From: an uncultured Caulobacterales bacterium
GTDB taxonomy: Bacteria; Pseudomonadota; Alphaproteobacteria; Caulobacterales; Parvularculaceae
Length of the DNA: 61,108 bases
Direction of reading: 5' to 3'
Assembly: GCA_964342585.1 (NCBI GenBank)
Contig: CAYFHK010000001.1
Span: forward strand, 1-61,108
Positions within the stretch are counted from its first letter, which is position 1. Each line of letters starts with the position of its first letter. The notes under the pieces were generated by a model. It was not told the DNA's origin. It searched no databases and saw nothing but the letters and a program-made list of their open reading frames with translations. The translations under genes and the position numbers were made by a program. This document shows positions 28,308 through 36,898 of the stretch, piece by piece.

Positions 28308-28426
28308 AATCTCTCCTTCAGCTCTTGATAGGAGTTTATGGCCGATGACGTTGATGGGGATGACTTTTCTTGATTGCCTCTTCTCTCCACGCTCAAACAG
28401 CCCCATGATGGTGTTTCAAAAAACCC

Positions 28427-29632
28427 ATGTTTGATTTGCACACGTTCCTTTTCTCGATTTTGCTGGCTGGGCTCGTCCTCATCGGGCTGAGAACCGGAAT
28501 GCTTTGGGCAATGCGGCGCCATCCCCTGATCAGCTTGCTGATCGCCATGTCGATTGGGACGGTGTACCGGCTGTTGGGCGGGCCGCTGCCCGATCTGGAC
28601 GCCGTTAGAGGCATATCGCGGTTTCTGCTGGGCGTTTTGGCGTTTTTTGCCGCACAGCAATGTCGCGTGTCGCGCTTGCCGCGGATCTCGCCAGAGGTTT
28701 ACCGTTTTGCGACTTTGGGCATTCCGCTGAACTGTGCGGTGTTTGCGGCGACGGGATATCTGGTCGTCCCCGGCCTCGACCTTGGCGGGCTGATGATCGT
28801 GTCGGGGGCTCTCGTGCTCGGCGGCGCCTTGGCCATCGACCGGCCGCTGCTGAATGCGCCCATCGAAGAGCATACACGCCGCGCCGCGCGGCTCGAATCC
28901 GCGGCCGTGTTGGCCGTCGCCCTCCCGATCGCTCTCGTCTTGGAAGCGGGCGCGACGGTGCCCGAAATTGCTCTCCCACTCGACCAAACGCCATTGTTTG
29001 AGGCGCTGGCCGGTTTTGCGGTCGGCGGCACGGCAGGGCTATTGGCAGGGCGTTTGTTGAAGCTGTCCGATGTGCCAGTCCCCGTCTTGCCGTTCCTGGT
29101 GGCGGGGGCGGTGTTTGCGATCACGACTGCCATTGGGTTCGACGGCACGATGGCCCTTGCAGCAGCGGGCCTTCTTTACAGCGAAGAGGCGCCCTTGCGC
29201 GGTACCGTGCGCACGCGGGTCTGGCGCCTCGCCGAAGCGATGATCGCGCCGGTGGCGATTGCTGGGTTCGGCTTAATTCTTGGTCCGTTGATCTTCGGTG
29301 CGGATTTGCTGATCTGGGTGGCCGCTGCGGTTAGCCTGTTTGCGGCGCGGGTCGCGAGCCGCTTCGCCCTGCTGCAAACGCTCGAGCTGCCGGCCCCAGA
29401 TCGAACATTCCTGTCCTGGTTTGGCGGCGCCCCTGGGATCGCCACCATCCTCGCCCTCCTCTCCCTGACGGCAAGCCCGGCGCCATTGCTTGAAGAAAGT
29501 GCACTTACCTATGGCGCGGTATGCGTGATTGTGGGGCTGTTCTCCGCGCGGCTCAGCTCGCGCCTCCTCACTCAACGTTTGGTGCACGCAACGGCCGCGG
29601 AGCGAAAACGTCATCGTTTCGGCACTGCATGA
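28427..29632 (+). CDS. CPA1/NhaP-like cation:proton antiporter fold, ion-binding motifs degenerate
   Basis: About 12 TM helices, R..LGIPL, LES and FLSWFG motifs; the canonical TD, ESGLND and GPRG motifs are absent. Confidence 0.7.
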   Translation: MFDLHTFLFSILLAGLVLIGLRTGMLWAMRRHPLISLLIAMSIGTVYRLLGGPLPDLDAVRGISRFLLGVLAFFAAQQCRVSRLPRISPEVYRFATLGIPLNCAVFAATGYLVVPGLDLGGLMIVSGALVLGGALAIDRPLLNAPIEEHTRRAARLESAAVLAVALPIALVLEAGATVPEIALPLDQTPLFEALAGFAVGGTAGLLAGRLLKLSDVPVPVLPFLVAGAVFAITTAIGFDGTMALAAAGLLYSEEAPLRGTVRTRVWRLAEAMIAPVAIAGFGLILGPLIFGADLLIWVAAAVSLFAARVASRFALLQTLELPAPDRTFLSWFGGAPGIATILALLSLTASPAPLLEESALTYGAVCVIVGLFSARLSSRLLTQRLVHATAAERKRHRFGTA

Positions 29633-29697
29633 TGCGCGCCCTCGCAAGAGTGTGATAGCCTTTCAAAAACCGAGAACAGCGTTGGGAGGGCAGGACA

Positions 29698-30486
29698 ATC
29701 GAGCGGCATCTCATCGAAGTCTTAGATCGGCGCGGCGTTGCCACGCTGACCATCAATCGTGAAGGCGTCCAAAACGCGCTCGACGAAGGCCTGCTGGCCG
29801 ATCTCACCCAAAGCATTGTCCGGTTGGCCCGTCGCAGCGATATCTGCGCGATTGTGATCACCGGTGCGGGCGAAGCATTTTGCGCGGGAACTGACATTGG
29901 CTGGATGAAGGACCTCTCAGAGGGGGCGGCCGCCAGTGACGTTCGGCGCTTGAGCAACCTGCTGTTCCAAATCCGCGGCTGCCCAAAACCCGTCATCGCC
30001 AAGATCAACGGCGCTGCCAGCGGTGCAGGCGTGGCACTGGCCGTCGCGTGCGACATGGCGGTGGCGCATGACGAAGCGCAATTCAGCCTCCCCGCGGTTC
30101 GGCTGGGCAATATCCCCGCGGTGATCGCGCCTTTCGTGATCGAGGCGATGGGCATGCATCAAGCCCGGCGATATCTGCTCACGGGCGAGACCTTCACCGC
30201 GCTGGAAGCAAGGCGGCTTGGCGTGGTTCATGCGGTCGCCGCCCCGCCGCAGCTTCACGCCACGGTGGACGCGATGATCGACGAGCTGTTGAAGGGCGGC
30301 CCGAGCGCGATCGCAGAGACGAAGATGCTGATCACCCGCTTTGGTGACTTGCCGCCAAGCGAACGATTGCTGGATGCCGCCGCGAAGGAGAGCGCGCGGG
30401 TGCGGCGTACGGATGAAGCAAGGGAAGGCCTTGCCGCCTTCATTGAAAAGCGCCCACCGAATTGGCGCCGTACCGAAGACACATAA
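29698..30486 (+). CDS. Crotonase / enoyl-CoA hydratase-like protein (LiuC-like), apparent ATC start
   Basis: In-frame N-terminus IERHLIEVLDRRGVATLTINREGVQNALD lies upstream of the ORF-track TTG. FCAGTD, PKPVIAKING and EAREGLAAFIEKRPP motifs present. Confidence 0.85.
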   Translation: MERHLIEVLDRRGVATLTINREGVQNALDEGLLADLTQSIVRLARRSDICAIVITGAGEAFCAGTDIGWMKDLSEGAAASDVRRLSNLLFQIRGCPKPVIAKINGAASGAGVALAVACDMAVAHDEAQFSLPAVRLGNIPAVIAPFVIEAMGMHQARRYLLTGETFTALEARRLGVVHAVAAPPQLHATVDAMIDELLKGGPSAIAETKMLITRFGDLPPSERLLDAAAKESARVRRTDEAREGLAAFIEKRPPNWRRTEDT

Positions 30487-30495
30487 GTCTCAGCC

Positions 30496-31329
30496 TCAAT
30501 CGGGTCGCGCGGGCGGATCAACATCGCGCCGTGCCAAGGCATCGACTTTCGCCGACAAGGCATCAAGCCGATTGAGAATCTCGACCGTCTCCGCAGAGAT
30601 CAGCGTCTCGGTGTCTTCGGACTCTTCTTCAACGACCCGAACGACAATCGCGATGAACAAATTGAGTAGCGTGAACGTGCCGACCAGCACGAAGGTGATG
30701 AAGAACAACCATGCAAAACGGTGCTCTTCACCGACCGCATCCGCGATGTCTCGCCAACCCTCTAGCGTGATCACCTGAAACAGCGTGTACATCGCAGTAA
30801 AGACGTCACCGAAATAATCAGGGTGCGTGCCACCATATAGCGACGAGGCAATCACGGCGAAGACATAGATCACAATCAGCGCGATCACCCCCACCGAGGC
30901 AATGCCGGGCACAGCGTCAAAGAGTGCTTTCACGACAGTCCGCATGCGCGGGATCGCCGTGATCACGCGTAACACACGGATGATCCGAAAAGCCCGCAAT
31001 GCAGCAAAAAGATTCGAGGTTCCTAAGGCGCTGCCAACGATGATGACGAAGTCCGCCACGTTCCAGCCTGAGCGGAAGAAGCGGGTGCCATAGGCGAGCA
31101 GTCTGATGATCAGTTCGGCGAGAAAAAAGGCGACGAACGCCCGATCGATCCCGACCATCAAGGGCGCATCATGGCTGACTTCTGGGAAGGTCTCGATCCC
31201 CAGCACAATCGCGTTGAGGCAGATCATGGTGATGACTGTGCGTTGGAAGAGCGGTCTCTCCACGATCGCGCGCAGCTTCGCCCGCCAAGGCGTTTGCGGA
31301 AAAACGGCGTCGCCCTCCGCTACAGTCAT
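30496..31329 (-). CDS. Prokaryotic voltage-gated cation channel (BacNav/Cav-like)
   Basis: WNVADF, S4 helix LRAFRIIRVLRVI, pore TLFQVITLEGW and S6 LNLFIAIVV. Confidence 0.93.
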   Translation of the reverse strand: MTVAEGDAVFPQTPWRAKLRAIVERPLFQRTVITMICLNAIVLGIETFPEVSHDAPLMVGIDRAFVAFFLAELIIRLLAYGTRFFRSGWNVADFVIIVGSALGTSNLFAALRAFRIIRVLRVITAIPRMRTVVKALFDAVPGIASVGVIALIVIYVFAVIASSLYGGTHPDYFGDVFTAMYTLFQVITLEGWRDIADAVGEEHRFAWLFFITFVLVGTFTLLNLFIAIVVRVVEEESEDTETLISAETVEILNRLDALSAKVDALARRDVDPPARPD

Positions 31330-31380
31330 GGTGTGCTCCCCATCATCGTCGATCCCATCAGCACCATCTTCAGGGATCGG

Positions 31381-31396
31381 TTAACTCAGCATTAAC
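31381..31396 (+). promoter_or_regulatory. Consensus CtrA binding site
   Basis: TTAA-CTCAGCA-TTAAC in the divergent spacer between the channel and tipN-like genes. Confidence 0.75.
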
Positions 31397-31417
31397 CGGC
31401 GCATTCAAACACATCCG

Positions 31418-33178
31418 ATGGGCACAAAGGGAGGGAATTTCCAAGACGGTGCCCGCGGTGGGAGTGTCGCCACGGTGAAAAAAACACAGGCTCGCCCCCA
31501 TTCGCGCCGAGCGAACAGTGGTTTATCATCGATCGTTTCGTTGGCCAAAAGGGTCGACGCCGCGACGAACCAAGTGCAAAGACGGTATATGCCCGCCGAA
31601 GACAGACCCTATGGCGCTGATGGCGACCGACGCGACCCGAAAAAGGGCGAACGCGTGGTTGTGCCTTTGAGCGGGCGCCGCGACGAGACGGCGCCAGACC
31701 ATCAGGGCTATGGGCAAGATGCCATCTACGACGATAGCGCCGAGGGCTGGGCACCGTCCGCGCGAGCGATTTGGCGCGGGTCGCAAATCCTCGCCGCCGG
31801 GCTCTTCGTGGCATGGTTGATCGCGTGGCCCGCCGGCACAACCCTGGCGGATAGCAACGTGACGGGCACTTTTTCGTTGCGGCTGGGCTACAGCCCCACG
31901 CTTTTTCTCCTCGCCCTCACGACCTCTGGCTTGGTCCTGGGCGCAGGCTATGCCCTCGCCGCGGGCGTCCGGTTGGAAGCAGCGGCGCAGCGTTTGACGC
32001 GCTCGATCACCGCGGGCGCGTGGAGCCCAGGGTCTCATCAAAGCTCAGCGGCGCGCGCGCAGGTGTCGGCGCTGAACGAAGAAATCGATCGCGCCCTGCA
32101 CCGTCTCGCTGAAGCGGAGAGCTTGATCCGGCAACAGGTGAAGGCCATCGACTCGGCTGGCGCGGCGATCGAGAAGGGTGCCGTCAAAAGCACCGAAAAA
32201 CTCGAAAAAGAGCGCGAAGCGCTCATGTCGCTGGCCGAGGAACTAAATCAGGAAGCCGACGCCTTCGCCGACAAGATCGCCGAACGCTCAAAACTTTCCT
32301 CAAACGAACAAGAAGCGCTGGAGCAGCGGCTCGAGGAAAAAGAGCGTGAGCTCGATACACAACTGCGCCGGCTTGAAGCGGTCTCAGAAAAATCGCTCGA
32401 GCGGTATGAGCACTTGGCGTCGCTCATGGAAAACCGCTCTGACACCTTGGATGCTGCGAGTGCCGAGGCCAATGCGCGGCAGACCGCGCTTGCGTCTAAG
32501 ATCGAGCAAAACACGCAGCGCCTCGAGGCAGCACAGTCTCAGCTCGCTGAACAATCGGCTCGGCTCGAGCAACTAATGAAGGACCAGCGCAAGCGCGCTG
32601 ACCGGCTCGCCAAAACCGTGACAGAACAAGCGCAGAAGCTTGCGCCTCGGGCGCCGGAATTGACCCCAACCGGCGCCGAGCGCCGCAAGACCCCTTGGCG
32701 GGATATCCTCGCAACCGTCGAAGAAGCGATCCCTGCCCGTCCGCCCATGCGCGAGCCAGCAACCCCTGCCGACACCACACCGACCCCTGCCCCTGCGGCG
32801 CCTCGCGCCCGCGACAAGGTCGATCCGATGGATCGATTGATCGCCCGTATACAGAACTTCTCACTTGTGATGCGCACCCAGCTCTATGGCACGCCGGCAC
32901 ATGAGGATTTGGATCGGTTTGACCAGGGCGAGCGTCAGCTTTTTGCGCGGGATCTGACCACGAGGGACGCGGGAGAACTCAGACGCCGATTGGCGGACGA
33001 GCTCGAAAACAATGCCGTGTTCGAGCAACGCGTGCAGGAATTCCTACAAGACTTCGACACGATCCTAGAGCCGCTCTCCTCCGAGGAAGGCGGCGAAAGC
33101 GCGATCGAGACCTATCTGGCCTCGCCGCTCGGTCGGCTTTACGTGTTGACGGGATCAGTCGTCGGCCACTTCGCTTGA
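31418..33178 (+). CDS. TipN-like polar landmark protein (2 TM + coiled coil + conserved C-terminal domain)
   Basis: Two TM helices and a long coiled coil. The C-terminus RFDQGERQLFAR..FLQDFDTIL..YLASPLGRLY resembles the TipN/GPR C-terminus. Start uncertain (31418 or 31589). Confidence 0.65.
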   Translation: MGTKGGNFQDGARGGSVATVKKTQARPHSRRANSGLSSIVSLAKRVDAATNQVQRRYMPAEDRPYGADGDRRDPKKGERVVVPLSGRRDETAPDHQGYGQDAIYDDSAEGWAPSARAIWRGSQILAAGLFVAWLIAWPAGTTLADSNVTGTFSLRLGYSPTLFLLALTTSGLVLGAGYALAAGVRLEAAAQRLTRSITAGAWSPGSHQSSAARAQVSALNEEIDRALHRLAEAESLIRQQVKAIDSAGAAIEKGAVKSTEKLEKEREALMSLAEELNQEADAFADKIAERSKLSSNEQEALEQRLEEKERELDTQLRRLEAVSEKSLERYEHLASLMENRSDTLDAASAEANARQTALASKIEQNTQRLEAAQSQLAEQSARLEQLMKDQRKRADRLAKTVTEQAQKLAPRAPELTPTGAERRKTPWRDILATVEEAIPARPPMREPATPADTTPTPAPAAPRARDKVDPMDRLIARIQNFSLVMRTQLYGTPAHEDLDRFDQGERQLFARDLTTRDAGELRRRLADELENNAVFEQRVQEFLQDFDTILEPLSSEEGGESAIETYLASPLGRLYVLTGSVVGHFA

Positions 33179-33787
33179 CGCTTCGCGCGCAGCGACCAGC
33201 TCCTCCACCCAAGCCGCCAGCTCGTCGGTCGCTGAAGAAGCAGCATTGTTGAGCGCAAGCGCCGTTGGCCCCTGCCCGCTTCCCTGCAACGGCACTGTGG
33301 TTCGGATCGTTCGTGTGCCAAGCGTCACGCCACGCGCAGCAGCCAAACGCGCGTTTACTGTAATTCGGACGCGCGGCGTTGCCTCTGTGCGGTCGATATG
33401 AAATCCGCGAATGTCCGTATAAAGCAAATAGTCGGCCAGCGGCATTTGCGCCAAATCCGAAACTGCGACGAAGAGGTTTTCACCTTCGAGCCGCTGTTGA
33501 AGATAACGGCGCCATAAGATCGGCGCGCGGTCTGTCCACTCCGCGTCCTCGAGATAAGCGAATGCATAAGGCGCGGTCGCCACCGCCACCTTCGATGTGT
33601 TGAACACCGAGGCAGCTTCAGGGTCGGCAACGATCAGTGTGGCATCAAAACGCGGCGCTTGCGCGTCCCCGTTCTCCAAAGGAACAGCAAGCGCGATGCG
33701 CGGTGGTAGCTCCCCCGCATCAGGGATGAGCGAGATACAGCCAGACAAAAATGGCACCGCCAAAGCGAAAATCAGTCGTGAACGCAT
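33155..33787 (-). CDS. ABC transport auxiliary lipoprotein (PqiC-like)
   Basis: Lipobox FLSGC, AEWTD.AP and L.TDIRGF motifs; last gene of the Mla-type operon. Confidence 0.85.
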   Translation of the reverse strand: MRSRLIFALAVPFLSGCISLIPDAGELPPRIALAVPLENGDAQAPRFDATLIVADPEAASVFNTSKVAVATAPYAFAYLEDAEWTDRAPILWRRYLQQRLEGENLFVAVSDLAQMPLADYLLYTDIRGFHIDRTEATPRVRITVNARLAAARGVTLGTRTIRTTVPLQGSGQGPTALALNNAASSATDELAAWVEELVAAREASSEVADD

Positions 33788-33796
33788 TACCGTCTC

Positions 33797-34729
33797 CTAT
33801 TCGGTCGTCGGCTGACCTTGGCCAAGCAGGAACCGGGCAGGGTCACGGTCAAATTCAAGTAAGATGGCTTCCATCGTTGTGACAAGCCGGTTAGCGCGCA
33901 CCAGCATGGTCACACCAGCGCCAAGGCCTTGTTGGGTGAAAGCTTCGATCGCGGGACGGTTCTCTTCGATGATAACATTCACCTCGTCGACCATTCGCTC
34001 AACGCCTGCCGCCGCATCGGAGAGATCCGAAAGCGTTGCCCGCGCCTCATCGTCCACAAGCGACTGCACATCTGTCAAAAGTCCATCGATGCGCGTCACA
34101 GAGCCATCAAGCTTTTCAGCGGCGCTGCGAAGCGACCCCGTGGTGACCGCGAAATTGTCGATGATCAGCGCGATTTCAGGTTCTTTGTCGGCCACAACAT
34201 CCGTGATCGCCTCAATATCCTTGATGATGCGCGACACAGCCTCTGCATTTTCCTGATTTAGAAGCCGTTGGATGTTCACAACGATGTCGCCGGAGCTGTC
34301 GAGCACCGCCGCGATCCCGGTCAGGTCGGCGTCGATTTGCGGCACGCGGTCGCCGGAGACGTCTTTCAGCAGCGGCGCCTCGGGCGAACCCCCATTGAAC
34401 TGAACTACGGCGAGACCAGTCACCCCTACGAGCTCCAACTCGACACGTGTATCCGTTTTCACCGGCGTGCCATCGGCAACGCGGACTAGAGCCAATGAGC
34501 GATTGGGGTCGTCTTCATCAAGACGAAGACGCTCCACTTCGCCAACCTTGATGCCGTTGAACAACACATTGGCGCCCTCTTCCAACCCTGAGATTTTTTG
34601 CCGGAAAACAATTTCGTACTCGTCATATTCTCGCTCGACACTGGTTAGCCAAAGCGTGAACAAGACGGCGAGAATGATGCCCCCCAGCATGAAGGCACCG
34701 ATCAAGACGTAATGGGCACGAGTTTCCAT
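33797..34729 (-). CDS. MlaD/MCE-family protein
   Basis: METRAHYVLIGAF, GL..GA.V.FNGIKVGEV and GVTG motifs. Confidence 0.93.
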   Translation of the reverse strand: METRAHYVLIGAFMLGGIILAVLFTLWLTSVEREYDEYEIVFRQKISGLEEGANVLFNGIKVGEVERLRLDEDDPNRSLALVRVADGTPVKTDTRVELELVGVTGLAVVQFNGGSPEAPLLKDVSGDRVPQIDADLTGIAAVLDSSGDIVVNIQRLLNQENAEAVSRIIKDIEAITDVVADKEPEIALIIDNFAVTTGSLRSAAEKLDGSVTRIDGLLTDVQSLVDDEARATLSDLSDAAAGVERMVDEVNVIIEENRPAIEAFTQQGLGAGVTMLVRANRLVTTMEAILLEFDRDPARFLLGQGQPTTE

Positions 34730-34733
34730 AACG

Positions 34734-35555
34734 CTACACTCCTTGCCCGCTGGTTAGGCGCGCGGGCTCATCTCTTTCATTGGCGGACAGCGCGGCTCTC
34801 CCGCGCGGCCCGGCGAAATATTCTTGGATCCATGGGTGATCGGTGGTGCGAACCTCATCGATCGGCCCGACTGCGATTACCTGTTTCTCGGCAATCACGG
34901 CGACGCGGTCACAATCTCTATACAGACTATCAAGATCGTGGGTGATCATGAAAACGGTCAGGCCGAGCGCGTCGCGAAGATTGAGGATCAATTCGTCAAA
35001 ACGCGCCGCGCCGATCGGGTCTAGGCCCGCCGTCGGCTCGTCCAGAAACAGAATCTGCGGATCCAACGCAAGCGCCCGGGCAAGGGCAGCCCGTTTCCGC
35101 ATACCACCAGAAAGCTCAGATGGGTATTTGTTTGCCGCCGACAGATCGAGACCGGCCATGGAGATCTTCAGGCTCGCCACCTCTTCGGCGAGCTCATCGG
35201 AAATGTTCAAATGCTCGCGCAATGGCGCCATGACATTCTGGGCGACCGTCATCGACGAGAAGAGCGCGCCATCTTGGAAGAGCAGCCCGATGTCTTGGTT
35301 GAGGTCCGCGCGGTCTGCTTCGGTAATGTGCAGCATATCGCGCCCGAGCAGCTCAATCGTGCCGCCTTGCGGCGGACGTAAGCCAACGATCGCCCGCATG
35401 AGGACGGACTTGCCCGTCCCCGACCCGCCGACAACGCCAATGATCTCGCCTCGATAAACGTCTAGATCGAGACGATCGTGCACACGGAACGACCCGAATT
35501 GGTTCACCAGATCACGCACACGGATCACCACGTCATATGCGGGTTTTGGTAGCAC
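34734..35555 (-). CDS. MlaF-like ABC transporter ATP-binding protein
   Basis: GGSGTGKS, FQDGALFSS, LSGGMRKR and DEPTAGLDP motifs. GTG start overlaps the permease stop. Confidence 0.95.
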   Translation of the reverse strand: MLPKPAYDVVIRVRDLVNQFGSFRVHDRLDLDVYRGEIIGVVGGSGTGKSVLMRAIVGLRPPQGGTIELLGRDMLHITEADRADLNQDIGLLFQDGALFSSMTVAQNVMAPLREHLNISDELAEEVASLKISMAGLDLSAANKYPSELSGGMRKRAALARALALDPQILFLDEPTAGLDPIGAARFDELILNLRDALGLTVFMITHDLDSLYRDCDRVAVIAEKQVIAVGPIDEVRTTDHPWIQEYFAGPRGRAALSANERDEPARLTSGQGV

Positions 35556-36700
35556 TAGATCCCCATTTCCAAGAACAGCATGGCGAACAAGGCATCGATT
35601 AAGATGACGAGGAAGAGCGACTGCACGACAGCAATCGTCGTTCGGCGACCAAGATCCTCGGCCGAGTTCTCCACCATCATGCCGTGGTAACATCCGACCA
35701 CGGAGATCACGAAAGCAAAGAAAGGCGCCTTCACAAGGCCAACGAAGAGGTTATCGACGACGATCACTTCCTGTGTGCGGCCGATGAACAGCTGGAGCGG
35801 AATATCCAGCGCCAACCATCCCACAAGTGCACCGCCGGCAAGGCCCAAAAAGGCTGAGAGAAACGCGAGAATTGGGACGGTTGCGATCAGTGCTAAGGTG
35901 CGCGGAATGACAAGCGCGTCGAGCGGATCGATGCCCATAACGGTCATCGCATCGATTTCTTCACGGAGCTTCATGGAGCCGATCTGCGCGGTGAACGCGC
36001 TACCTGAGCGGCCCGCGATGAGAATGGCGGTCAGGATCACGCCAAATTCCCGAAGCACGGAAATGCCAACGAGGTCCACGGCAAAAACCGAAGCGCCAAA
36101 GTCAGCCAAGACACGCGCGCCCATAAAGGCGACCACCGCACCGATCAAAAAGCTCATCAGGCCGATGATTGGGATGGCGTTCAGCCCCGCCTCTTCCATG
36201 TGATAAACCATGGGCGTCGCGCGGAAACGGCCCGGATGCAAAAAGGTCGATCCGATCCGCGAGCACACGGCGCCGATGAAGCTCAAAATGCTCAACGCAT
36301 CGCGACCGACACCGAAAGTGCCCCGGCCCAGACGATCAAGCAAAAGGATGAAGCCTGGCCCCGATTTCGGGTTCACGTCACATGGTGCCATGTGCATCAC
36401 GGCCTGCTCGAGGAGCTGGTCGTATCGGGTCGTGCTATTCGAAAAGCCGCGCAGCGGCGCGTTGTCGTCAGCGCGCGCCCCGCATTCGCGCATCACCCGC
36501 TGCAGCATCATGGCGCCGGCTGTGTCGAGATCACCAACATCGGTCAAATCGATCTCTAAGCCGCGATCGAGCGTCTTCTCGGCAAATCGGCGCAGCTTTG
36601 TATCGAGCGCAGGCAGCCCCGCGCCCAAGGTCCAATCCCCTCTGGCGAAAAGCCGAAAATGCCCATCCTCTTCGACGGTTTCGAACGCCGCGCTACTCAT
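35555..36700 (-). CDS. MlaE-family permease with N-terminal STAS domain
   Basis: LDTAGA, LREFG..AGRSGSAFTAQIGSMK.REEIDA and GRRTT.AVVQS motifs. ATG at 36700. Confidence 0.94.
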   Translation of the reverse strand: MSSAAFETVEEDGHFRLFARGDWTLGAGLPALDTKLRRFAEKTLDRGLEIDLTDVGDLDTAGAMMLQRVMRECGARADDNAPLRGFSNSTTRYDQLLEQAVMHMAPCDVNPKSGPGFILLLDRLGRGTFGVGRDALSILSFIGAVCSRIGSTFLHPGRFRATPMVYHMEEAGLNAIPIIGLMSFLIGAVVAFMGARVLADFGASVFAVDLVGISVLREFGVILTAILIAGRSGSAFTAQIGSMKLREEIDAMTVMGIDPLDALVIPRTLALIATVPILAFLSAFLGLAGGALVGWLALDIPLQLFIGRTQEVIVVDNLFVGLVKAPFFAFVISVVGCYHGMMVENSAEDLGRRTTIAVVQSLFLVILIDALFAMLFLEMGI

Positions 36701-36898
36701 CTTGCGCCCAATCCATTTGCCGTTTCTGCTTCGGTTCAAATGTCAATACAATAGATTCACCATGCCACAGGAAACTGAACGGGCCATGAAAACTTGCGCA
36801 ACCGCGCGAAAGTAGATGAAAAATGAGTGCAATCGGGCCACCATAGGCGGGTATTAACTCTCCCTCGCTATCACGCCGATGCCGCACGCAAGGCTCTC

